Below the pieces are notes generated by a model. The model worked only from the letters and a program-made list of their open reading frames with translations. It did no database searches and was not told the DNA's origin. A DNA stretch of 64,000 bases from the human T2T-CHM13v2.0 reference genome, Homo sapiens. Shown here piece after piece: positions 51,127-64,000 of this stretch. The stretch lies in NCBI RefSeq assembly GCF_009914755.1, contig NC_060936.1; one strand, 5' to 3'. Numbering within the stretch: position 1 is the stretch's first letter; the number at the start of each line of letters is the position of its first letter. Both the position numbers and the translations under genes were made by a program.

Positions 51127-51848
51127 CTAAGCCAACTAAAAAACTTCAATTTGAATTTTAATTTATACTTCACAAAAACACAGTTGCTGAGTGATACCAA
51201 CAGTGAAAGTAGAGGTACATGGCAGAAAAGAAATAGGCTCAAAACAAGGATACAGCCGTTTATAAAACCTTATATAAATATTCCTTTTGGATTAGTCAAA
51301 GCTCAGAGCCTTCATTCTTTGAAGTTTAAAATCGGCCAGATTTTTAAAATATATTTTTCAACTTGGGAAATGTATTTTTATTACACAGTTGAAATATTTT
51401 CTTTAAGCACGACTTGTCACATCTATTATTTAAGCTTTAAAATCAGCACTTCCTTTCTCTGAAGGAATATTCCATTTCCTCATTTCCTGTCATCTCATTT
51501 ATTTAAATAAAAATTTTTTTCGTCTGAGTCCCCTGAAACCTTTTAGAATGACTTTTTTTTTAACCACTTGGAATAATCTTTTATAATATTTACCTATGTC
51601 CCAATTATATCTCCTTCACTTAATTGCTAGGGACTTTAAAAGGAACTATTAGTTTCTTCTTGTATATTACTGTACACTTTATTCCCTTCACTGCTTGCAA
51701 TACTTATTCTTAATGCATGTGGAATAAAATGAAAGTGAATTGTTGATTTAGTTTATAATAGAATCCTCTAGCAGTTAGTTAGTTATTTTGTTTATAGCCT
51801 ATTTTTGTCTCTCCTCATCTCCACCAACCCCATTAAAACACAAGCTCC

Positions 51849-52135
<287 letters not shown>

Positions 52136-53139
52136 AAAACAAGCTCCTTGAGGACAGGGGTCTTTTTCTATTTGTTATTTGTTTTACTAGAACACAGTTC
52201 ACTCAAATATTTACTGAAGAACACATGATTGAATGAATAAACAATAGTGAATATAAACTTTTGTCATTTTAAAAGCTGAAAGTCACTATGCCCTTTAATA
52301 AACAAAAACTGTAGTGTAATCTCTATTTCTTATATTTACAACCCCAAAGCTATTATCCAGAATATAAATTCTTTAGTAAAACTTGTAAGATGACATAACC
52401 ATAGGAAAGCAAAGGAAAAGCTTTATTTTTTTGCAGCTTTATGCATCTGAGTTTACTCACTAGATGCTTTTCTTGATATTTCCTATCTAGTATCACCTGG
52501 TCCTGTTCCCTTATTCCTTCTTTATCTTTGTCATCACATCTTTCCTCTGTGATTCTTCTTAATTTTTTTATTTCAAGTCTACTAAATCACAGAGTGCAGA
52601 TTGACCATCTCCTCACCGGCTTTTCTACACTTAGGGCAGTTGCCTGAGCGAGAGGCACTGTGAAGTGTTACAAGAGAAAGAGGGTAAAGAATAATGAAAG
52701 CCTGTGAATGGTGGAATATGAGCTGGGTTTGTTGTGAGCTGGAAAAAAAAATGCACAGTTGACAAAAAGAAAACCCTCTTTCATGATAGCACACCAGGGC
52801 AAGGTCTCAATAATGAGAATGAAGCTTTTCATTTATGAGGGTGCTTTCTGAACTGTGGTGTTTATTTCTAGAGTGTCTCTTCCTAAAATCAGCTGATTGG
52901 ATCCCTTTTATTTGACAAAACAAAATTTGTTCCCACAAATATATTTATATGTTGAAAATTTCAGAAAGAATTAGATATGTATGGACAATCAAACTTAAAC
53001 TTGTCTTAGCCATTTGAACAAGGATAACAATAAGAGACGTACTCCTTGAAAATGAATTTCAGCTAAATTAATTTCCTAAGTTATGTGTTGGAAACCATTT
53101 CATTGGAGTTATTTAAACCAACAGATGTTTCTATAACTT

Positions 53140-53325
53140 CTAAAATTCAACAGACATAAGATTTGCTGAAGGATCATGGCTAAATATAGATTCTAATAAA
53201 GTTGGTTTTGTTTGGGGCCTGAGATTTTATATTTCTAATAAACTCCTAATAAGCTTCCAAGTGATTCCAATGATGCTGCTGATTTGCATTTCATACTTTG
53301 AGTTACAAGTCTTTAGAAATGTTAG
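53140..53325. mobile_element. MER5-like fragment
   Basis: TGGGGCCTGAGATTTTATATTTCTAATAA..CCAAGTGAT..TGATGCTGCTG..ATACTTTGAG. Confidence 0.6.
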
Positions 53326-54539
53326 TTTTTTAAACATTTTTAAAAGGTGATTTATTTTGCAATTCTTAATTATTTTATTTTGGTCTTTCTATTTTTTAAA
53401 AAGAAATACTTTCAATTATTTATTATGCTGCTTAACTAAAACACGTGATGCATCTGATTAAATTTTAAACATTTATTCTTTTGGGATTTTTTTTTCTCAC
53501 TAAACTAAAACGAAAAAAATAAATAAATAGTATAATATTCTAGAGTTGGATGAAAAGATGAGCATGTCTTACCTTTTTGTTTTACAGCCCCTCCACATAA
53601 AGACCAGGGAGTTTATGCCAGTTAGTTACTGCCTAAGCTAAGAGTAGACTTTTTCTCTTTCTGTCCCGTCTCCTAGTTTAGAGCACTTTCAGCAAGCCAC
53701 GTTGTGTACAACAGACTCACTCAGTCTTACGTTTTCCTAAAAGTAGAGTGTTAAAAATCTCTTTTCATTTTTCTCTTATCTCATTTTTACCAACATATTC
53801 TATTTCCCCTAAGGTAAAAAAGTTGGAACCAGGTTCAGTTTTTAGTTTGATTTGACTAGCTAATGAGTTAAAAAATGTCCATGTTCAGCAACGTTGATTA
53901 GAAATGTTTTTCTACTAGATGTTCAGTTTTCAGAAACAGTTAAACCATACTGCTAATGAATTTTTAGAAACACCATTGGAGACTTTTGTCTCTAAAGTAG
54001 CCCCTTCATTGTAACTGAATATTTTCAGGTCAGTGGTTGGGGTAAAAGATGGAATTTAGAGAGATTAACTCAGTTTAGCATTCAAAATTGCTTTAAAGTA
54101 ATGATGCTAAAAACATATACCTTTGAAAAAATATATGTTACCGTATAAAAAAAATTTTCATGAGTTCTGTTTGCCTGGAAATTATAAAAATATTATTCAA
54201 CAATGAGTAGCAGTCCTAATTTTGTAAAGTAATATCTTCTCTAGCTTTGGTCTTCTATATAGCCATTTGTCTTTTGAGGCATAAAATGTCAGCCAGTTAG
54301 CAAAACATATCAACTTATAGATGTCGAAAAGTGCAAGCACACATTTTACTGAAGTTTACATTGAAGACATAGGAAACTATTTTATCATTAGATGTATGGT
54401 AATTTTTTTCACATCGAGAGAAAAATATTGTAATTTATTGACATAGTCGCAAAGAGTTACCTAAATATTTGCTAACAAAAGAGTGTTTTATTTGTATTTT
54501 TTAACCTACCTAATCTAGATGAGTCTGGCTTTCTTGCTA

Positions 54540-54730
54540 ACAGTCTTTACTCTGTTGTCAAAGGGTATCTTCTTCACTCTGATCATATGACTCCCCTGTC
54601 TAGAATTTGTCAATGGTTCCCACAGTTTGAGTCCAAAGTTCTAAGTTCTTAGCTTCTTGGCACAATATAGCCTTTAATGTTGTGACTCCCACCTACCTCT
54701 CTCTAGGCTTATCTCCTGCTGTTCTAAGTC
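54540..54730 (+). mobile_element. L2 fragment
   Basis: TCTGATCATATGACTCCCCTG..TCAATGGTTCCCA..GTCCAAA..CCTACCTCTC. Confidence 0.6.
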
Positions 54731-56182
54731 TGTCTGTAATCATCTAATTATCCAGTGTTTAGTGGAGATATTCTGTAACCCAATTTTTACTTTTTCCAGT
54801 TACCCTCTCCAATCATAGTACGTCAGACTTCCCAACTCATTGAATAGTAGATCCCATTACAAAATATGAGTTTATTTACATCTTTGATACTTTTGATTAT
54901 TTAAAATATCTCCATTTTAGAAGTCCAAGGTCACTTATTTTAAATCTCTTTTACTTCCCTCCCCTAGGGCCCATTGTTTTTGTGGTTTAGGGAGCTTGAT
55001 TTGCTCTTTAACTCCTCTTCTCACTCCCTCACCTTAGAGTGAAAAGTGCAAGCCTGCCTCTAGGACACTTCCTTTGCCTCCTGTTTCCTGGCTGTAGCCC
55101 CTTCCCTCCTGTGCTGGGGTAGGGAGGAGCAAGGCTTTTGTAATTCGTTGTTGGTAGTTGCTGCTTTTCTGGGTAACAATGACAGGCCATTAAGGCCTCT
55201 CTGTTGTTGAAATCCAAATGCTTGAGTCCTTCAGCAGGCCCTCCCATGGGCCCTCTAACTTGACAGTTCCAAGAAGTGACAGCTGGCTGCACCTTGGCCT
55301 CTTCCACCCACTTCTGTCAGTATACCACCAGCCTCCTGCTACTTGGGTCCCCTCACCCATCATTGTGTCCTGTTTGTCTGACATAGGACAGATGCCTCAA
55401 GTTTTCATTTGTCCATGAACAGCTCACACATTCTTATCATGCCAAATGTTTGGCTCAGAGGCTTTACCATGCTATCCATTACCCTTCTCCCATGCCCTGG
55501 CATATTTCTCCCAGTCTCTTGTTCTTGTGTTTGAGGAAGCATGGGTGGGAAAATCAAGTCCACAATCTATACATATGTCTAAGCAGGTGGTAAGATACTC
55601 ATCTCTCTTTCTTGTCAGGCAACCCTAATGTCTACAAATGACCCTCTTGGAGCCCCTTTACAATGGACATTTCTTCTGTTAGAGGTGGGGACAATCCTTC
55701 CTTTCTTCTCCATGGGGAAAAGGAAGGAAAAACCTGTTCATATGAACACTACTCTCCCAACTTTTCTCTCACCACTCTGTTTTTCTTCTTGTCAACTCAA
55801 CACCTCACTGTCCTCATAGGCCCTGTTGGCTGATTCCAGGGCTCACTCAGGTAAACCTCGATCCAATATCATAGAACTCGGTTCAGTGAGCCTATGTGTC
55901 CCGAAAATGGTCACTCTGGTTCAAGATTTCCTTCTAATCACACTGCCTCCGTCTTCCCTTTTACAGTCGTCTTAGAAAGCTTACCCCCATGCTTTACCTT
56001 CTCAGTGACTATGTCTCAATTCTAGTACAATTTATTGCTTCTTTCAATGCATTAATGATATAATGAGTATTTCTATAAACATTAATCTAACTATGGAAAT
56101 CTTTGACTTACTTGCCTTCCTTCCAAAAGACTACAAGCTCCTTAAAAGCAGGAACTATTTCTTAATGAACTTTGTATCTCTA

Positions 56183-56530
<348 letters not shown>

Positions 56531-56562
56531 GTGGATAAAATAGTATTATATTTAATTATCCT

Positions 56563-56885
56563 GGCCAGGTGTGGTGGCTCACGCCTGTAATCCCAGCACT
56601 TTGGGAGGCCAAAGCGGGCGGATCACCTGAGGTCAGAAGTTTAAGACTAGCCTGGCCAACATGGCAAAACCCCGTCTCTACTAAAAAAAATACAAAAATT
56701 AGATAGGTGTGGTGGTGGGTGCCTGTAATCCTAGCTACTCAAGAGGCTGAGGCAGGGAGAATTGCTTGAACCCAGGAGGCGGAGGTAGCAGTGAGCTGAG
56801 ATCGCGCCACTGCACTCCAGCCTGGGTGACAGAGCTAGACGCTGTCTCAAAAATAAATAAATAATTAAACAAATAAACAAATAAA
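56563..56885 (+). mobile_element. AluSx-like
   Basis: Full dimer, (TAAA)n tail, AATTATC on both flanks. Confidence 0.92.
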
Positions 56886-57099
56886 ATTATCATGCTAATA
56901 GCTTGAATTGCAGTTATATAATTAGATACAAATAAAATAAATTTCATGTTTTTTTAAAATCACAGAAAAGTGAAATTGATGTGCCACCTGTATGTTGCTG
57001 AGCAACAAGTATACAAAAAACTATCAATTTTATTATATCCTTATGGCTACTTTTAAAAAACCATTTGTAGTTAATCATAAAGTGTATTCATAAAATAAG

Positions 57100-57310
57100 G
57101 TAAGTAGTGTGGTAAATCAGAGCTAGCATAGTTTTTGAAATCCAAAACTCTAGCATCAAATAAGTCCCGCCACTTATTATCTGGATAACCAGTCCCCATA
57201 CCTTTCTGAGCAGAGATTAATAATAATAATGATAATAACCTTACCTGGAAGAGAGCATTTCAAGGATTAAATAAGATAGTACATGTAAAGTCTTCAAAAA
57301 CCTGAAAATG
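57100..57310 (+). mobile_element. MIR
   Basis: AGTGTGGT..AGAGC..CCGCCACTTA..AGGATTAAATAAGATA..ATGTAAAG. Confidence 0.6.
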
Positions 57311-57772
57311 TTCCTATAGAGATTTTTAAACCAGAAACAAAGTGGTGTCCTTTAGGCCGGTTTTATGAGCAACATGGTCGTATCCATGTGTGTATATTAA
57401 ATAAAAATTTTAAAAATCCAAATTATTATTTTACATTTCCAGTGGGCAGTCTTTCTTAAAGACTATTTGCATTAAATTATTAGGATTATCAGATTAAGTA
57501 TGAGAAACTGAGTTGAGGGAATATAGAGGAGAGAATTAGACAAAGCTCTAGTGAATGTATCATGCTAGAAGAAATGCTTTAAATAGGAAAAACTTCACAG
57601 TACAGTGGAAAGTTGACAACTGAGTCAGAATAAGCCCAGTTATAATGCCGAGATAAGTCACATTTATTTTAAATATACCTAATATTAATTTGGAAGGGAA
57701 TTAGCAGTCCAATATCCCATTTATTAATTTACCTTTACCTCTTTTTAACTGAAATTGTATTTAAGGACAGGC

Positions 57773-57870
57773 CATGTATATGTATAAATTTATGTGTATG
57801 TGGGTATATATATGCATGTGTGTGTATGTCTATATGTTTGTGTGTATGTATATAGATATAGATATATACA
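57773..57870. repeat. (TA/TG)n compound simple repeat
   Basis: Visible directly. Confidence 0.85.
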
Positions 57871-58929
57871 GAAAGCATATACCTCGAATTTACTAAAATG
57901 ATACAATTCAAACAAGGTTTGTTTAAAAGATTATTTGTAGACTATTGATTACATAAAATATTCCAAGATGAATATTTTTTTTTTTAGGCTCTTAGGAAGT
58001 GGTCAAACAGGGAGAAAGACATATTTTGGTGAGATACTTAGATGTCTTTATCATGATTATTGACAATTTTGAAAAAAAATCACCATACTTACTGCCTTGT
58101 CACATAACTGAGAAACTTCTGTTTGAGCTGTGGTGACCATGAAGTTTTGCTCAGCAGAACCTAGTTGAAGAGATCAGGCTGATTTCCCTTGTCTAGACCT
58201 CAATGAGCCTGGGATAAAGAGTATAACAGGTTATACTGTTCTTAGAATTGGAAAGTGATGGTTGAGTACAAGTTTTAAAAACTATCTAATTCTCTCTTTT
58301 TGATAATCTGCACAAGGTATCATCTGTTCTTCCATCCTATTTTTTTTTTTTTAATTTTGTTTTTGATGTTGAAGAGAAAAAGAAGCCAGAATGTTTGAGC
58401 AATCCAAGCTACTTCCTCCTTCCTGGGTCAGTATCTGTCTCCTTTCCACTCTACCCTCTTCACTTCTAGCATTATTTAGGGCCACTAGATCCCTACCAGT
58501 GGTCTCAATTCTCTCTCTTTTCCCCAAACACCCATTCCCCTTCTATCTTGTAGTTTGGTCAGTGGTGATCCCCACATATTAGAAACTTCACTGCCATTCT
58601 TGACACCATCTTACCCTTCTTTCAGATTTAAATTAGTGCATACTTGTCCCGCTAAGCAGCTTCTGTTCTCCACTGACATCAGTCTTGGAATATGTCCCAA
58701 CACTTCTGTTTGCTCTGTTAAAGAAGACCAAAGGATGAGTCATCTTAGAGAAGTGAGATATAGTACATAAAATTTTCTTGGACAGTGGGAAAAAAAGGCG
58801 GGATAGTCACACATCATCCAATAAAACTTATTTTTTAAAAACACTTGTGATGTATGTCTTTATCTTTCTCAGAATCAGGCATTTCCGCTTGCCCCCTTTG
58901 TTCTCTTACCATACCCTGTGAGAAGAAAA

Positions 58930-59107
58930 CACCCATGTAATTGTTGCTACTTAGCCTGGATCCAGCTGTAGCCTGAAACAGCCGTGCCCAGCCAACGTGC
59001 AGACCCCGAGCACAAAGTCAACCTGCAGACCTGAAAGCTAGAAATAAATGTTTGCAGTGACAGGACACTAAGTTCCTGGGTTATTTTGGCAGCAACTGAC
59101 TCATGCA
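58930..59107 (+). mobile_element. MLT1-like LTR 3' fragment
   Basis: CCAGCCAAC..CTGCAGACC..GAAATAAATG..ACTAAGTT..GCAGCAA..CTGACT..CA. Confidence 0.55.
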
Positions 59108-59524
59108 ATAACCTATAAACTTAAAAATTGGTCTGAATATGAATATGCATTAGATTAAGTAAAGCAAGTAAAATTAGAACAAAGGGGAAGCAGACAGAAA
59201 AAGAAAGACATGACTTCTCAATGTTTTAGGCATTTTATATATTTTATCTCCTTTTATTCTCACCAACACTATGATATACTCATCTCCAATTTATAGATGA
59301 AAAAGCTAAAGGGTGTATACACAATCTTATCAGTAGCTGCCTCTGGAAAACATGTTAAGGTTACTATGTGGGGGAGTGCTACTGGACTTTCACTTCCTAT
59401 TTTTTATGTGGTTTTTTGTAAGAATATGTTGATTTTAACATATATCTTTCTAAATTTTAATAATTGGAAATAAGGAAACTGAGGCTGTGTGGACTTGAGT
59501 AAGAAGCAAAATGGGGACCTAATG

Positions 59525-59680
59525 CTACACGCAAATCCGCATTAACTTGCGCACGTAAAATTCACTTCTCCTTTTGAGTCACGGCTATACATGGGGCAGA
59601 CTGATGGGTTAGCAACTATTGATCACTTTCCTGTCCAACGATTGATCATTTTCCTGTCCCTAGCATCGGCTGGCCTATTT
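59525..59680. promoter_or_regulatory. Candidate enhancer, CpG-retaining patch with HRE, AP-1 and duplicated ETS-like sites
   Basis: 7 CpGs in about 140 bp; GCACGTA (TACGTGC on minus) 59551; TGAGTCA 59575; ATTGATCA(C/T)TTTCCTGTCC twice. Motif evidence only. Confidence 0.3.
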
Positions 59681-62600
59681 CCACCTATCCTTATCTCCAT
59701 CCCTTCTTCTCCTCATAGAAAACCTTCCATTTTGCAACTAAAGGTGTCCTCCCCATCCCCATTCGTTGAGGTGAAGAACAACAATGCTCATACTTCACAC
59801 ATATTAGATTTTGTTAGAACTCTGGCCAGTGTGCTTTGAAATGCTAAATGCTCCAGCATCTGGGCTGCAGATGACCCTGCAAGAAGGTGCTGTCGGTACA
59901 CTGGTAGCTTTCAAAGTTGAAATCACGTGAATTAGAGAGCTTTGTTCCAGTGGTTCATTTGCTATTAAGGACTTTGACCCTGTTTTTGTTAGCAGTTCTG
60001 CCATGGCATTTAAATTGCACATCTTGCTTGTTGATGTCTAAGAATAGAATTCGAGTGTTAGCAAAGCTGAGAATGTTTTCTCATTCCATTTCCCAAGAAT
60101 ATGTAGGGTGTGAAGATGATGAGCAGAATGTATTTTCCCATCATATCCTCCACTGGTAAACAAATCTGGAGAGTAAAACTGTTCTTTCAGGCTTTCATCT
60201 TCTAGCTTCAGAAAGAATTTCTGACATCTCTACCATTAGAAGAGCAAATATAGGCTTATCATAATATGTTAATTAAATCAGAAGGATCTGCAGCAGGAAA
60301 AAGCATCTCTGGAATATGTCACATTGTCCAACGTGAAATATTTGATTATTTCTTCCAACAGCAGAACTAGATCTTAAAACATTGTATATCAGGTGATAAT
60401 ATCCCATAAACTTTAAGTGACCAAAGTTACAGTGGCACTGATGAAGGCATAATTTATGTGCTCTTGCCATATAAGACCACAGAATATGAGAAAGCAAACT
60501 TACTGAAGTCTGTGATACTCAAAGTAGTACAATAAGTGGAAACTAGGACTTTTGGAATTTAAACAAGAAATATATCCCAGAGAAAGGCCTCTTGGCTGTC
60601 CAAAAAGGTTTTAGCAACCTTACAGGCTTTGGTGATTAATTATTTTAATATGATGGTGATTGCAATCTTGGCTTGTAAGGTGCGATAGAAGAACACTTCC
60701 AAATATTTATACAGAGTAAGCCAAAGTTTTTAGTAAAAAAAAAATTCATAACTTTCCACTAGGGAGTATGACTACATAGTCAAATTTATTTGTGACATCT
60801 TTTTTGTGCATATAGTCATTTAACAACAATCTCAACAAAGTACCAGATGACGAAAGAGTAGAATTCATATTTTATTTCGGAATTTAAGACAAAAATATAT
60901 TGCCTCTTTTGCTTTCACAACATATAATAAATTTTCGTGATAAAAAAATAAAGTCTTAAGAAGTAAAATAGCACAATTGAATCTTCTCTTACAGTACTTT
61001 TTTCACTTTCTGACAGACTCGTGCAGAGGGGTTTTCTCCCTAAGTAGATCCAGTGTGTTGCTAAGTTCTGCTAAACTACAGAGGGATTGAGACTGAACAA
61101 GAATTACTATAAATCTCATTTGGTGCGACTTGTGTTAATAACCAAGTATGACATGTTGATAATAGAGTGAAGTGACCGACTGAGCATTTACCTCACATGC
61201 CAGCGTGTTGTTCACCTAAGGTCATAGTGATATTGACAAGGTGTTAAATATGAGTGTTACGTCAACAAAAGCAAAAATATGTAGTTGGATAAAAATCACA
61301 AACATTGCTCTTAATGTAATAATTTTGAAGTGTAATATGGAATTTGGGTCACATTTCTCTCAGCAGTTTCACAAGCCAAGAAGCACAGATGTGTAGAGTT
61401 TTAAAGATTTTTTAAAAACCCCAAATTTTCCAGTAACAGAAATTAAGAAATCTTCTTTGATCAGAGAGTGAAACAAGATCTTTTCTTTCTCTCTAAGAGG
61501 AGTACGTTGATTGCTAGATCAGAGAAAAGAAAGTTGAAAGTACATACTTTTGCCATGAACTGTCTAAGCCTTGTATTTTACAAGTATACAATACAAAAAA
61601 TTTGTGTTACCTTTTTATTTCTTTATTTACAGTGGCCAAATAAATAACACCAGAACACTTGTACCTGTGTGTAGAGCTAATGTAGGTAGCTAATTTAATA
61701 ATGTGACTGCCATAATTTCAATGACAAGAATGTATCAGCTCTCCTTTTACTTTTCAAACTAACATTCAAATGGTTGAAATGCCACTGCTAAGGAAATATG
61801 TGTATATTTAAATAATAAAATTTAATGAAATATTCTCCAAAGCCAGCATTTTTATAATATCTATTAATTTTAATATCTTTTGAAAGAAGATAAATTTAGA
61901 GGAAAGAATATGTGCAAGCGTATATGCAAAGTCTTCAATTAGTTGAGGGTATTTCACGTTGCGTTGGGGTCAGGTTGGTTGTGCACATACTACGTGAAAT
62001 AGATCCAGGACCAGTACAGGTAGGCACAGTAAGGAGACAGATACTGGCACATTTTAAGAGAAGAAAGATCCTAAGGTTTCATTTTGAAGATGGAGCAGTC
62101 TGCTTCTCAATGTGAAATTTTCCATGAATGGAACCGTTAGAGCAGCTAGACAATCACTCAGCACAATTGTTGCAGCAACACCTACAGTTTTCCACTAATG
62201 GGTTTCTTTGGGGTAAAAGATGACGATTTGTCAAGGAATAGAAAGTTGGAGGCCCCAGAGAGACTCCAAAATTTAGGGAAAATACATCCCTGTAAAATTG
62301 AAGTCCCACTTCGAAGAAATACATTCAGTATTCATCCCTATATACTTTCTGTGGAAGTGATCCACAGTATTAATGATGTAGAAATGTCTGATTGATTACA
62401 GCATCTCCTAAAGGTTAAGAGTGGAAATCTCTTTAAAACATCGTTGTAGACTGGAACCCATATAAATTGTCATCTATCTGCAACATATTAAAATTAATAT
62501 GCTCTGGCATTGCTGCAACTTTTGATAATCAATAAGCAAGACTGAATAAAAAAGCAGAATTAAGACAGATTTATTGAGGTTTATTTAATGCTATGTAAGG

Positions 62601-64000
62601 AAAGAGAGACTATATCAAACATTTCTATGTTTCATGTTTATTTAAGGGTAAAGCCATATCTTATTTCTGTTTAAGCTCAAGCATAGGAATGCAGATTGTA
62701 CAAATTGTCCTCTGAGTAGGCAGATTTTAGAAAGGCATGCCCCCTCTGGGAAGATGAACTAAAAGAAGTTGCTCCACTTGGGGACTGCAGTTCTCCTCTA
62801 GGGTGGAGCTTGGTGAGCAGAGCACAAGCAGGATTTGAGGCTCTGCTTGTCTCTTATCCCAGTACCTTTGGGCATTATACAAATTGCACGTAAGTGAAGA
62901 AATAGCCTATGTTAAGTGAATTAATAAGCAAATTAATGAATAAGTAAAAACATGGGGCATTCTAATTGTTTTATAGTTTCTAGAAATATGTAATATTAGG
63001 AAAAAAGGTTTAGCCTGAAAAAATACTTCCCAGGAGACTAAAGCAGTTATTTTTCCCTGATTCAGTGAGCATCAGAAAACTTTCTGATTAATTCTTGGTT
63101 TCTAGCTATCCTGATTCTGGGAGTCCTGTAAAGCAATGATAAATATATTGATTGCTGTAGAGTTGTATTCTGTAAGATACAAAATGAGTGGCTTTTTCTC
63201 TTTCTTTATTGTGGGTTCAGAGGGCAATGTTTTATCTTTTTCTATTTTTCCAGATATAACTTTATTCCACCTTTCAACTTCAGAGCTCCAACTTCAGAGG
63301 ACAGAACATTATGTGGAGGGAGAGTTAAGACTTGGTAGGAAAAGCGATGACATGTCCTCTGCTTCATTTCTGGGTTTCTTCCCAGGCTGATTCATAACAT
63401 CCAAAATAAGCTTAAGTAACACAATAGTCTTGGACTCGGCACCATAAGCTGCTTAGGAGGTGTGACTAGATCTTCTCCTGAACACTGTATTGTCTTGTGC
63501 CTCATAGTATTCCATTAAATTCATTACATAAATGTAGAAAATAATTAAATCAATCATTTGAGAATTTGGGTAATGTCAATCAATCTCCCATAGGCTAAAT
63601 ACATATAAGTAGTTGAGAATGGTGATAGAATGTATAAAACTAGACACTGGTTCAAAAAGACTCTAACTAACAGGTGATTGCTGCTTTGTAAAATGCTACC
63701 TAAACACATCAGCTGATCAGTGCTGCATAACTACAAGCAAAGTTTACTTTATTCGGTAGTCTTGACATTAAAAAAAAAAATGTAGGAGGAATTTTGGAAA
63801 AGGCAGTCAAGGGCATCTAAGTGAACAACACAAATGACACAGAGACCATGTGCTAAAGTTAAGGCACATTAATCAAAATCATAACATATTAGATTCCTAA
63901 TGTCTCAGTGTCCAACAGTGGAAGGACCTAGTAAAAGTTAGGAAGTATAATTGTGGCAAGTTTAACAGTCTAAAAATGAAGTGAGATATAGTATAGTTAT

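Overview
Primate (human-like) non-coding genomic DNA, AT-rich and dominated by transposable elements. I find no intact protein-coding exon, RNA gene, CpG island or CRISPR-like array, and nothing I can defend as a new biological system. The longer ORFs in the track come from repeats (low-complexity DNA, Alu, THE1-int, L1, Tigger). Main contents: an ERV1-class gag matrix remnant (261-525); a four-level nest at 9.3-16.8 kb (ERVL gag < MST-type LTR < near-full-length L1MA < MSTB-like LTR); two complete THE1 proviruses in divergent orientation flanking a near-complete Tigger4-like pogo DNA transposon (20.3-29.0 kb); a 3'-truncated L1MA carrying a young L1PA insertion (37.4-42.9 kb); and many Alu, L2, MIR, MER5 and MaLR fragments. 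The best non-repeat leads are two motif-dense candidate enhancers (about 3.2-3.55 kb and 59.5-59.7 kb) and a triple STAT/GAS tandem repeat beside a THE1 LTR (29.06 kb). Subfamily names come from my recollection of consensus sequences and need RepeatMasker/Dfam confirmation. Boundaries of old L2/MIR/MLT fragments are approximate.
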